Virus record (IMG/VR): IMGVR_UViG_3300045988_167206
Location: 1-64,000 of that record
Reading direction: 5' to 3' (one strand)
DNA length: 64,000 nucleotides
From: a virus
Both the position numbers and the translations under genes were made by a program. The notes beneath the pieces were generated by a model, which was given only the letters and a program-made list of their open reading frames with translations, was not told the DNA's origin and did not search any database. Shown in pieces: positions 34,681 to 43,519 of the stretch. Position 1 is the first letter of the stretch, and every line of letters starts with the position of its first letter.

Positions 34681-36915
34681 ATGAACAATGAAAAACAAGT
34701 AAAATTTGTTGGAAAAGTTGCAAGATGTATATATAACAAACAAGGATCTGACTGGTCTATTTATGCAATGGAGGTTGATCCTAAAGAGTATCCGAATATT
34801 AAACAGAATCAATATGATAATGTATCGATAAGTGGAGAATTACCTGATTTAAGTGTGACACGGCCGTATTCAATTACGGCTGTGGAGCAAGAAAGTAAAT
34901 ATGGCCCAACATATAAAGTCGTTAAAATGAGCATTATGAGACCAAAAACTGGGGAAGAAGTATATTCTTTTCTGCGTGAAATTTTGACAGAAAATCAGGC
35001 AGCAGTATTGTATAAAGAATATCCTGATATTATTGAACTTGTAGAAAACGAAACAGCAGATGAAAAGGTTGATCTTTCTAAGCTGCCAGGAATTGGTGAA
35101 AAAACATTTGCAAAAATTAAAGATAAAATTAATACCAATATTAGATTACTTGATTTAGTAGTTGAATTTGGTGGAGTATTATCATTGACTGTAATCAAAA
35201 AGCTATATGAGGCATATCCTGCAATGGAGTTAGTTCGAAAGAAATTACGTACAGAACCATATAAATGTCTTACCAACATTTCTGGCATTGGGTTCATAAA
35301 AGCAGATAGTATGCTTCTGGAGCTTGAGAGAGAAAAAAAGATTGACTTTGGTTTTAATCTTAGAAAAAGTCCGCAGAGATGTGCAGCTTGTATGCAGTAT
35401 TATCTTGAAGAGAATCAAAAAGAAGGAAATACGAAAATGGATCTTCGCGATCTTCGTAAGCAAGTGCTTAAATTAGTCCCAGCGTGTGCAAATCATTATG
35501 TTGATTGTTTAAAAAATGGTGATTTTTATTATAGCAAAGATACATTTGAAGTGGCATTGAAGACTACTTATGAGACAGAAGAGTATATTGCAGAGAAAAT
35601 CAAACTTGCTAATCAGAAACCTAAGATTTGGGATATTAATTGGAAGAAATATCAGAATGAAGGCGAATATCCGTTGACAGATGAGCAGCTTAGTGCTCTT
35701 GAGTGTATATGCAATAATAATATTATGATATTAAATGGATTTGGTGGATCTGGAAAGTCAGCTACATCAGCGATGATCATTAAAATGTTGGAAGATAATG
35801 ATATTACATATAAATTATTTGCGCCTACAGGAAGAGCTGCTAAAGTTTTGGCTGATTATACAGAGAAGCCGGCTGCAACTATTCATCGAGGCTTAGGTTA
35901 TATGCCGCCTTCAAATTGGTGTTTTAACGAAGACAATAAGATCACAGTAAGAGTTATTTTGATTGACGAATTTTCAATGACGGATGTTTTCTTATTTAAA
36001 CATGTAATCGAAGCCATTGATTTTAATGTAACTAAATTAATTTTAGTTGGAGATTCGGCACAGCTTCCAAGTGTTGGACCAGGAAATCTACTTCATGATT
36101 TTGTACGATTAAGAAAGCTTCCAATAGTTACATTAAATAAGATATTTCGATATGGTGAAGGTGGCTTAATGACTGTTGCTACAGATATTAGGAATAGACA
36201 GAAGTATTTAACAGATGAAGATTGTCAGTTTTTTGGAGAGAAAAAAGATTATGTGTTTATACGTGCATCTAATGAAAAAATAGTAGGTCAAATACTCTTG
36301 TTATACGCAACATTATTGAAAAAATATAGGCCAGAAGATATTCTTGTTTTGTCTGCATATAACAAAGGAAGTTGTGGAACTGTTGAAATTAATAATAGAT
36401 TGCAGGTTATCGCAAATGAAAATTATGGATCTGAAAATTTCTTAAAAGTTGGAGAGGTAAAATATTTTGAAGGCGATATTGTAATTCAAACTTCAAATAA
36501 TTATCATGCACCAGTGTATTATGATGGCCTTGATATTGCTCATTTGGAATGGGCAGAAGATTTAGAAGAAACATTTGTTCCAAATGGTATGATTGGAAAA
36601 ATTACTTCTATACAAAAAAACGGAGTGATTATTGACTTTGATGGTGTAGAAGTAGTATATACTAAAACAGACATGCAGAATGTGGCATTAGGATATTCTA
36701 TCAGTATTCATAAATCTCAGGGCGGCAGTGCGAAGATTGTTATCTTGCTTTCACCTTCATCGCATGAATTCATGATGAATTCGAATTTACTTTACGTAGG
36801 CATTACCAGAACGAAAGAGAAGTGTTACCATTTTGGAAGCATTGAGTCTGTTAATAGATCAATCAGAAAGAAGGAGAATTTTAACAGAAAAACATTAATG
36901 TATAATTTTTTTTGA
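34681..36915 (+). CDS. RecD-like (SF1B) ATP-dependent DNA helicase
   Basis: Walker A GFGGSGKSAT, Walker B LIDEFSMTD, LVGDSAQLPSVGPG, and C-terminal SIHKSQGGSA. Confidence 0.85.
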   Translation: MNNEKQVKFVGKVARCIYNKQGSDWSIYAMEVDPKEYPNIKQNQYDNVSISGELPDLSVTRPYSITAVEQESKYGPTYKVVKMSIMRPKTGEEVYSFLREILTENQAAVLYKEYPDIIELVENETADEKVDLSKLPGIGEKTFAKIKDKINTNIRLLDLVVEFGGVLSLTVIKKLYEAYPAMELVRKKLRTEPYKCLTNISGIGFIKADSMLLELEREKKIDFGFNLRKSPQRCAACMQYYLEENQKEGNTKMDLRDLRKQVLKLVPACANHYVDCLKNGDFYYSKDTFEVALKTTYETEEYIAEKIKLANQKPKIWDINWKKYQNEGEYPLTDEQLSALECICNNNIMILNGFGGSGKSATSAMIIKMLEDNDITYKLFAPTGRAAKVLADYTEKPAATIHRGLGYMPPSNWCFNEDNKITVRVILIDEFSMTDVFLFKHVIEAIDFNVTKLILVGDSAQLPSVGPGNLLHDFVRLRKLPIVTLNKIFRYGEGGLMTVATDIRNRQKYLTDEDCQFFGEKKDYVFIRASNEKIVGQILLLYATLLKKYRPEDILVLSAYNKGSCGTVEINNRLQVIANENYGSENFLKVGEVKYFEGDIVIQTSNNYHAPVYYDGLDIAHLEWAEDLEETFVPNGMIGKITSIQKNGVIIDFDGVEVVYTKTDMQNVALGYSISIHKSQGGSAKIVILLSPSSHEFMMNSNLLYVGITRTKEKCYHFGSIESVNRSIRKKENFNRKTLMYNFF

Positions 36916-36918
36916 TTA

Positions 36919-36937
36919 AATAATGTAAAATTTGAAA
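36919..36937 (+). promoter_or_regulatory. Recurrent 19-nt element, copy 11
   Basis: aataatgtaaaatttgaaa, upstream of the sigma-A promoter. Confidence 0.8.
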
Positions 36938-36945
36938 ATTACATG

Positions 36946-36974
36946 TTGACATATGAAGCAAAGCATGATATGAT
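36946..36974 (+). promoter_or_regulatory. Sigma-A type promoter (extended -10)
   Basis: TTGACA-17 nt (ending TGA)-TATGAT. Confidence 0.7.
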
Positions 36975-36990
36975 ACTAACCGTAGCAAGC

Positions 36991-37009
36991 AATAATGTAA
37001 AGTTTAAAA
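36991..37009 (+). promoter_or_regulatory. Recurrent 19-nt element, copy 12
   Basis: aataatgtaaagtttaaaa lies downstream of the sigma-A promoter, 34 nt before the ATG at 37025. Confidence 0.75.
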
Positions 37010-37024
37010 AGGAGTAAAGAAGAT

Positions 37025-37795
37025 ATGAAAGTTTATTTAACAGAAATGCATTCGATCAGAGATGCAATCAGAACAATGTATATGAGTAAACGAAGTTGGA
37101 CACCTGAATTTGAAATCAAACTCAAAGAAACAGTAAATCATTGTACAAACAGAGATGGTAGGCCATATGTAAATCTAGATCTTAACAATGATGATCCAGT
37201 TAAAGTTGAATTTGAAGATATGGTTAATAAACTTTTTAAATGGGGCAAGCAGCATATAACAATGCTTCGGTTCTTAGATGTATCCGTTGTGGTAGAAGGA
37301 CTTCACAGAGGAGCTACAGATGACCTTGATGCTCATGCTAAGAGAATGGATAATCGTATTATTCGAAGCAGTACAAGACTTGCGAATTATCAGTCTTCAG
37401 AAATGTCTGATTGGTATAAAGGAAAAATTATTCCTACTGATATGGCATTAAAAATCTTACTCATGGATCTTCCGGAAGAAATTGAATATGAAGGAAATAC
37501 ATATGTAAGAGCCGAGAATGGATATATTCTTAAAGGGCAGGAAAACAACAAAGATGTAAAACGTGGATTATATATGCTTTCTCTTCCAATGAATTTTACT
37601 TTTAAAATTAATATTGTAGAATTTGCTCATGTTTACATTGAAAGAGGTAAAAGTAAAAAGAACGGCGGCCTTGCACATGGTACAGCGGCTCCAGAACTTC
37701 AAGATATGATTGAAAATCTTGTTGACCAGATCCATGAGTGGTATCCTCAGATCGATAGAGAATTCCTTCTGGAGGTAGAAAATAACAATGTATGA
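37025..37795 (+). CDS. ThyX-fold protein (divergent flavin-dependent thymidylate synthase homologue)
   Basis: HITMLRFLDVSVVVEGLHRGATDDLDAHAKR...IIRSSTR aligns with the ThyX core H.S.LEH.SF.F.I.G.SR....QL.RHR..S..Q.S.RY. The RHR triplet reads AHA. Confidence 0.55.
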   Translation: MKVYLTEMHSIRDAIRTMYMSKRSWTPEFEIKLKETVNHCTNRDGRPYVNLDLNNDDPVKVEFEDMVNKLFKWGKQHITMLRFLDVSVVVEGLHRGATDDLDAHAKRMDNRIIRSSTRLANYQSSEMSDWYKGKIIPTDMALKILLMDLPEEIEYEGNTYVRAENGYILKGQENNKDVKRGLYMLSLPMNFTFKINIVEFAHVYIERGKSKKNGGLAHGTAAPELQDMIENLVDQIHEWYPQIDREFLLEVENNNV

Positions 37796-38006
37796 TAATA
37801 TTTATTATTGTAGAAACGCTAATAACACATGTGAAAAAAGAGACACTTGCTTAAGATATCTTAATGCAGCAGATAATCCAACAGCTACATTATTTAAATG
37901 TGCATGCACATCAAATAATCAATATTTATTATACATTAATAAATCAAAAGAAACGGAGAGTGAAGATGGAAAAGAATCCGGAGATGACACAGAATCAACA
38001 GAATAA
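37788..38006 (+). CDS. Small Cys-rich hypothetical protein
   Basis: 72-aa ORF with an ATGTATGA overlap with the upstream gene. Its 3' end overlaps the kinase start by about 40 nt. Confidence 0.35.
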   Translation: MYDNIYYCRNANNTCEKRDTCLRYLNAADNPTATLFKCACTSNNQYLLYINKSKETESEDGKESGDDTESTE

Positions 38007-38565
38007 TCTTCCTGTAAAGTTTCTTGTTGTTGGCAGAACTGCTTCTGGAAAATCTTCAATTGTAAGAGAAGTATGTAAGAAACTTGAATTAAAACAGGTA
38101 AAAAGTCTAACAACAAGACCGCCACGAGATGTAGAGCTGAATAATCCTGATTCTGATCATTACTTTGTTACAGACGAAGAATTTGAATCTGAAAGAGACA
38201 AAGGATTTGTAGCTTACACTGAAATAAATGATTATAAATATGCTACAACGGTTGATGAGTTTGATAGATCAGATATTTATGTTATCGACCCAAAAGGTAT
38301 AGAATATCTTAAACAAACATGTGGTGATAAATATAAATTTGTCGAGATTTATATTCGAGTTCCATTTATAACTGCGATAAATAGATTTATTGAACGTGGT
38401 GGTATAGAGAGTGAATTTAAGGCAAGATTCAATCAGGAAAATTTACAATTTAAAGAATATGAAAAGAAACAAGGATTTGATTATCACGTATTAAATGATC
38501 AGGCATTAGAAGATGCGGTTGAAAAAGTATGCGAGATAATCAAAAAAAATAATTTGATAATGTAA
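37966..38565 (+). CDS. Guanylate-kinase-like nucleoside monophosphate kinase
   Basis: P-loop GRTASGKSS plus the guanylate-kinase hallmark TTRPPR..D..HYFV..EEF. The start was moved to ATG 37966 (RBS aaACGGAGAGtgaag). Confidence 0.7.
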   Translation: MEKNPEMTQNQQNNLPVKFLVVGRTASGKSSIVREVCKKLELKQVKSLTTRPPRDVELNNPDSDHYFVTDEEFESERDKGFVAYTEINDYKYATTVDEFDRSDIYVIDPKGIEYLKQTCGDKYKFVEIYIRVPFITAINRFIERGGIESEFKARFNQENLQFKEYEKKQGFDYHVLNDQALEDAVEKVCEIIKKNNLIM

Positions 38566-38574
38566 AATTTGGCA
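38556..38574 (+). promoter_or_regulatory. Recurrent 19-nt element, copy 13 (overlaps the kinase stop codon)
   Basis: gataatgtaaaatttggca. The TAA inside the element is the stop of the upstream gene. Confidence 0.65.
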
Positions 38575-38590
38575 GAATGGTGAAGAAAAA

Positions 38591-40861
38591 ATGAAAACAA
38601 AGGAATGGCTTGGAGAAAATAACACGCTTGGATTAGATATTTGGAAAAATAAATATCAGTACAATAATGAAACATTTGACGAATGGGTTGAGAGAATTTC
38701 TGCAGGAAATAAAGATATTGCTAAATTGATTAAAGAAAAGAAGTTTCTTTTTGGCGGGAGAATCTTAGCAAATAGAGGGCTAGAGAATAAAGGTAGAAAA
38801 ATTAGTCTTTCTAATTGCTATGTAATTGCTCCACCAGAAGATAATATTGAAAGTATCTTTGATTGTGCAAAAAAACTCGCTCGCACATATAGTTATGGTG
38901 GTGGCTGCGGAGTAGATATTAGCAAACTCTCTCCAAGAGGAGCAAGAGTTAATAATGCAGCAAAAGAAACAACAGGCTCTGTATCATTCATGGATTTATA
39001 TTCAATGGTAACAGGTTTAATCGGGCAGAGTGGACGTAGAGGTGCATTAATGCTTAGTATTTCTTGTGAACATCCGGATCTTGAAGAATTCATAGAAATC
39101 AAATCAGATCTTGATAGAGTTACTAAAGCAAATATTTCAATTCGTATTACAGATAAATTTATGGCCGCCGTAAGAAATAAACAGCCATTTGAATTATCTT
39201 TTACAAGAATTGAGACTGGAGAAACAATCACTAAAACAGTTGATGCATATTCAATCTTTCATAAGATGTGCGAAATGAACTGGGATTATGCAGAACCTGG
39301 AATGCTGTTTTGGGACAGAATTAATAACTGGAACTTACTTAGTTGTGATGATGAGTTTGAATATGCAGGGACAAATCCATGTGCAGAAGAACCTTTGCCA
39401 GCAGGCGGGTCGTGCCTTCTCGGTAGTATCAACTTATCAGAATTTGTAAAAGATAATAAAACGTTTGATTTCGATTCTTTTAGAGAATGTGTTGATAAAG
39501 CAGTAATTGCTTTAAATGAAGTATTAGATGAAGGGTTGCCACTCCACCCATTAAAGGAGCAGAGAGAATCTGTATATAATTGGAGACAGATTGGATTAGG
39601 AATTTTTGGCCTTGCAGATATGCTGATAAAAATGGAAATTAGATATGGTAGCGTTGAATCAATTAATTTATGTAATATGATCGGACATCTGATGGCTAAT
39701 CAGGCATTAAAAACATCTGCGTTACTTTCGAAAGAATATGGTCCATATCCTAAATATGATCCAGATGCAGTTGAAGGATCGGCATATTATAGTCTAAATG
39801 CTCTTGACGATACAAAAGATTTAATTAAAGCTTTTGGTCTTCGTAATTCTCAGCTTCTGACAATCGCTCCAACTGGATCACTTTCAACAATGTTTGGTGT
39901 GTCCGGTGGCATTGAACCTATTTTTGCAAATTACTATACAAGAAAGACGGAATCTTTAAAAGGACATGATGAATATTATAAAGTATATACTCCAATTGTA
40001 AAAGAATATATGGATGTACATTCAATTACAGATGATAAAAAATTACCAGATTTCTTTATTACCGCACAGACATTAGATTATAAACAGAGAATAACTATGC
40101 AAGGTATTTGGCAACGTCATATTGATGCATCTATCAGTTCTACTGTTAATTTACCAAATACAGCAACTATAGAAGACGTAGAAAATCTTTATATATACGC
40201 ATGGGATTTTGGATTAAAAGGAGTAACAATTTTTAGAGATGGTTGTAAAAGGGCTGGAATTTTAACTACTGATACTAAGAAAAAAGAAGAAGATAATAAT
40301 ACAAATTCAAAAAAATACACTCTTGAAAGAGGAATGATTATCAAAGCTGATGATAATTGCATTGGTAAGAAACGTACACTAAAGACTGGATGTGGAACTC
40401 TTCACTGTGAAGCATTCTTTGATCCTGAGACTGGACAGCTTTTAGAGACATATTTCAGTAAAGGTTCGTCAGGTGGATGTAATAATTTTATGATTGGATT
40501 ATCAAGAGCAATTTCGCTTTGTGCAAGAGGCGGTATTGATATTTATTCAATTGTTGATCAGCTTTTATCTTCTGGAACTTGCCCTTCTTACGCAGTAAGA
40601 AAAGCAACAAAACATGATACATCTAAAGGAAGTAGTTGTCCAGTAGCAATTGGCAATGCTTTACTTGATATGTATAAAGAAATTCAAAATGAATTAATCG
40701 ATTCTGATGATGGCGAAATATCTGAATTAATAGCAGAAAATAATAATTCTATATCAAAAGATAGTATTCCTAAGCCTAAATGCCCACAGTGTGGTGGAGA
40801 ATTAATTTTTGAAGGTGGATGTAATACCTGCAAATCTTGTGGCTGGAGTAAATGTGATTAA
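38591..40861 (+). CDS. nrdJ: Class II (adenosylcobalamin-dependent) ribonucleotide reductase
   Basis: Single 756-aa chain with the active-site region TNPCAEEPL. The C-terminal Cys-rich tail CPQCGG..GGCNTCKSCGWSKC is typical of monomeric NrdJ. Confidence 0.85.
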   Translation: MKTKEWLGENNTLGLDIWKNKYQYNNETFDEWVERISAGNKDIAKLIKEKKFLFGGRILANRGLENKGRKISLSNCYVIAPPEDNIESIFDCAKKLARTYSYGGGCGVDISKLSPRGARVNNAAKETTGSVSFMDLYSMVTGLIGQSGRRGALMLSISCEHPDLEEFIEIKSDLDRVTKANISIRITDKFMAAVRNKQPFELSFTRIETGETITKTVDAYSIFHKMCEMNWDYAEPGMLFWDRINNWNLLSCDDEFEYAGTNPCAEEPLPAGGSCLLGSINLSEFVKDNKTFDFDSFRECVDKAVIALNEVLDEGLPLHPLKEQRESVYNWRQIGLGIFGLADMLIKMEIRYGSVESINLCNMIGHLMANQALKTSALLSKEYGPYPKYDPDAVEGSAYYSLNALDDTKDLIKAFGLRNSQLLTIAPTGSLSTMFGVSGGIEPIFANYYTRKTESLKGHDEYYKVYTPIVKEYMDVHSITDDKKLPDFFITAQTLDYKQRITMQGIWQRHIDASISSTVNLPNTATIEDVENLYIYAWDFGLKGVTIFRDGCKRAGILTTDTKKKEEDNNTNSKKYTLERGMIIKADDNCIGKKRTLKTGCGTLHCEAFFDPETGQLLETYFSKGSSGGCNNFMIGLSRAISLCARGGIDIYSIVDQLLSSGTCPSYAVRKATKHDTSKGSSCPVAIGNALLDMYKEIQNELIDSDDGEISELIAENNNSISKDSIPKPKCPQCGGELIFEGGCNTCKSCGWSKCD

Positions 40862-40873
40862 TTTTTTTGAATT

Positions 40874-40892
40874 AATAATGTAAAATTTAAAA
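40874..40892 (+). promoter_or_regulatory. Recurrent 19-nt element, copy 14
   Basis: aataatgtaaaatttaaaa followed by tagcataaaggagaaaac. Confidence 0.8.
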
Positions 40893-40914
40893 TAGCATAA
40901 AGGAGAAAACAAAA

Positions 40915-41895
40915 ATGGCAAAAATTACAATGAAATCAACAAAACAGGAAATTATGGATGCTTATGAGGCAGCAAAGAGCAAGATTGAAGAAATTGAGTC
41001 TATTAAAGATGATCCGCTTGCATCTGCAAAAGCAGAAAAGTCAGCAGAAATTATTAAGTCTGCGGATGCGGTTGCAGAAAATGATATCCTAAATCCTGCT
41101 GTTATTGCTCAGTATAACGATCTGAAAGCAGCCATCCAGATGAAAAAAGAGGAACTTCAGAACCTTTATGGTATTGAAGCAAAAGCCAATTCTCTTGTGG
41201 CAATTATTAATGCTCATAAAGACAAAGAGGCTGAATTAAAAGAGAAATTTAAGGCAGAAGAGGCTACTCTTATGGCTGATATGGCAGCTCAGGAAGAGGC
41301 TTTAAATTCCGATATTAAAGAACTTGAGAAGAAAAAAGAGGATCTGATTGCAGCTACTAAAGCAGAACACGATGAACTGAAAAAAGAACTTGATAAACAG
41401 CGTAAACGTGAAGCAGAAGAGTATAATTATGATCTGAAACGTGCTCGTCAGCTTGAAGAAGACAAATGGACTGATGAAAAGAATGCTCGTGAAAAAGAAC
41501 TGACAGAACGTGAGGCAGCTGTAAGAGCAGATGAACAGGAATTAGCTGAAAAGACTGCTTATATTGAAGAACTGGAACAGAAAGTTGAAGAAATTCCTAC
41601 TCTTGTACAGGAAGCTACAGAAGAAGGTGTTAAAAAGGGTAAAGTAGATGCGGATAAATCAAATGCTTTTGAAGTGCGCGCTCTTAAACAGAAGAATGAT
41701 TATGATGTACAGATTCTCGAAGATAAAGTAAATAGACTTGAATTAGAGGTTGATTCTCTTAGAAATGAAAAAGCAGATTTACAGATGAAACTTGATGATG
41801 CTTATGCACAGATGAGAGATCTTGCGGCCGAGACAGTCAAATCTACAGGTGGGGTTAAAATTCTTAACGGACAGAATTCTCAGTTAAGCAAATAA
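40915..41895 (+). CDS. Long coiled-coil protein (326 aa)
   Basis: A/E/K-rich heptad sequence throughout. Preceded by the 19-nt element and strong RBS AAAGGAGAAAAC. Confidence 0.55.
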   Translation: MAKITMKSTKQEIMDAYEAAKSKIEEIESIKDDPLASAKAEKSAEIIKSADAVAENDILNPAVIAQYNDLKAAIQMKKEELQNLYGIEAKANSLVAIINAHKDKEAELKEKFKAEEATLMADMAAQEEALNSDIKELEKKKEDLIAATKAEHDELKKELDKQRKREAEEYNYDLKRARQLEEDKWTDEKNAREKELTEREAAVRADEQELAEKTAYIEELEQKVEEIPTLVQEATEEGVKKGKVDADKSNAFEVRALKQKNDYDVQILEDKVNRLELEVDSLRNEKADLQMKLDDAYAQMRDLAAETVKSTGGVKILNGQNSQLSK

Positions 41896-41909
41896 TGTAA
41901 AATTTAAAA
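41891..41909 (+). promoter_or_regulatory. Recurrent 19-nt element, copy 15
   Basis: aataatgtaaaatttaaaa followed by tagtataaaggagaaaat, a leader nearly identical to copy 14. Confidence 0.8.
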
Positions 41910-41931
41910 TAGTATAAAGGAGAAAATAAAA

Positions 41932-42096
41932 ATGCCGCCAGTATTTGTATTTTTAGTAATCTGTGGAGCTGTTGCGGTATGGTTCCTTCTTTCGGGAATC
42001 TTTCAGCCTCTTGGAAGATTCCTTGGAAGGATCTGGAGTGACGCATGTGATGAAATAGAGAAAGAAAATAAAGAAGAAGACAAGGAGAACAAATAA
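41932..42096 (+). CDS. Small membrane protein (54 aa, below track cutoff), coupled to the SPFH gene
   Basis: ATG at 41932 after AAAGGAGAAAAT. TM helix PPVFVFLVICGAVAVWFLL. Its stop overlaps the next start (TAATG). Confidence 0.45.
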   Translation: MPPVFVFLVICGAVAVWFLLSGIFQPLGRFLGRIWSDACDEIEKENKEEDKENK

Positions 42097-43046
42097 TGAA
42101 GAATGGTAAATTAGGAGCAATTGGATTAGCAGTATTTATTATCGCAGGATTAATTTGTGTAAATAAATGTACGATTCGAGTGCCGGCTGGTTATGTAGCG
42201 GTCGAGTATAAACCTAACGGGGGAATTGCAAAAGAAGCATTAGGTCAGGGATGGCATATTATTTCTCCGACTATTAAAACATCACTTTATTCTATTGGAA
42301 TTGAACAGTCTTATCTTACATCTGAGGATAAAGGTGATTCACCGAAGGACGAAAGTTTCAAGACACCTACAGCAGATGGTAAACAGCTTCTTGTAGATCT
42401 TGAGTTTTCTTATAAGTTTGATCAGGATACAGTCTCTGACGTATTTACAAGATTTAAAGGGCAGTCTGGAGAAGCTGTAAAAAATACTTTTATTAAACCT
42501 AAAATGAAAGCTTGGACTCAGGAAGTAACTGCAAAATATCCTGTTACAGATGTTTTTGGAGACAAACGACAGGAACTGAACGAAGCCCTTGATGCATACT
42601 TAAAACAGAAATTTGAACCATACGGAATTATTATTGATACTGTAAACTTTACTTCCATTTCTACAGATGATGAAACTCAGGCAGCAATTCAGAAGAAAGT
42701 AAATGCACAGCAGGAACTTGAGCTTGCAAATATTGAAGCTAAGACAGCAAAAGTACAGGCTGATAAAGATAAAGAAGTAGCTCTTATTGCAGCGGAGCAG
42801 GATAAAGAGAAAGCCGCTATTCAGGCAGAGCAGGCAAAAATTACAGCACAAGGACAGGCTGAAGCTGTAAAAATTAAAGCTCAGGCAGAAGCTCAGGCGA
42901 ATAAAGAAATTGCAGAATCGCTTACTCCAGAACTGATTGAGAAGCAGAAGATTGACAAATGGAATGGTGAGGTTCCGAAAATCCAGGGTGGAGATGCTTC
43001 TACAATTGTTGATACCAAGGATATGACTGAGGACGCAGCAGAATAA
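42096..43046 (+). CDS. SPFH / band-7 / prohibitin-family membrane protein
   Basis: N-terminal TM helix, then an SPFH-like core. The C-terminal A/Q/E/K-rich coiled coil (..AQQELELANIEAKTAKVQADKDKE..AEAQANKEIAES) is typical of HflC/prohibitin-type proteins. Confidence 0.8.
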   Translation: MKNGKLGAIGLAVFIIAGLICVNKCTIRVPAGYVAVEYKPNGGIAKEALGQGWHIISPTIKTSLYSIGIEQSYLTSEDKGDSPKDESFKTPTADGKQLLVDLEFSYKFDQDTVSDVFTRFKGQSGEAVKNTFIKPKMKAWTQEVTAKYPVTDVFGDKRQELNEALDAYLKQKFEPYGIIIDTVNFTSISTDDETQAAIQKKVNAQQELELANIEAKTAKVQADKDKEVALIAAEQDKEKAAIQAEQAKITAQGQAEAVKIKAQAEAQANKEIAESLTPELIEKQKIDKWNGEVPKIQGGDASTIVDTKDMTEDAAE

Positions 43047-43057
43047 TTTGAATTTGC

Positions 43058-43087
43058 CCTATGCACGACTTTAACATCGTGCATAGG
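43058..43087 (+). terminator. 11-bp perfect hairpin after the SPFH gene
   Basis: CCTATGCACGA-ctttaaca-TCGTGCATAGG. There is no clear U-tract, so it may be a terminator or an RNA-stability element. Confidence 0.4.
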
Positions 43088-43101
43088 AATTAGGAGAAAA
43101 T

Positions 43102-43509
43102 ATGACATTAGATGGAATTATTAAAACTCATAAAATATTTAAAGATAAACCATGGATCATATTGAAGAAGAGAGAGATTAATATTCCTTTTAAGAAGAAA
43201 TACATTGAAGTCTGTGAATATTATTATGACTTAGAAGACAGGCCGGAGTTCAATAACTGGATTGATGTTGAAGGTATTGGATATGGTTGGATGTGGTGTG
43301 CTAATAAACTTAGAAGTAAATTTGAATTTTTGCAGCGTAGAGCAGTTAAAAAATACGCTTTGGGTTTATTAAAAACGATCGATGATGATACAGACATGGT
43401 AGCTTTTTACTATAGAAATCTTTTTGTTTGTGGATTCATTCCTAAAGATAATCCAACGATTTATATTCAGATCAGATTGAGCAATGAAGAGTTACATTAT
43501 AGTTTTTGA
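43102..43509 (+). CDS. Hypothetical protein
   Basis: 135-aa ORF after RBS tAGGAGAAAAt. Confidence 0.5.
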   Translation: MTLDGIIKTHKIFKDKPWIILKKREINIPFKKKYIEVCEYYYDLEDRPEFNNWIDVEGIGYGWMWCANKLRSKFEFLQRRAVKKYALGLLKTIDDDTDMVAFYYRNLFVCGFIPKDNPTIYIQIRLSNEELHYSF

Positions 43510-43519
43510 GGTAGAAAAT

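Noticed and set aside
5782-41909. CRISPR array or Bacteroidetes-type promoter (TAnnTTTG) interpretation of the 19-nt element.
   Set aside because: The copies are kilobases apart and tied to gene boundaries, so this is not a CRISPR array. The TTTG lies 3 nt, not 2 nt, after TA, and the window has textbook sigma-A promoters and Gram-positive lysis genes, so a Bacteroidetes promoter reading does not fit.
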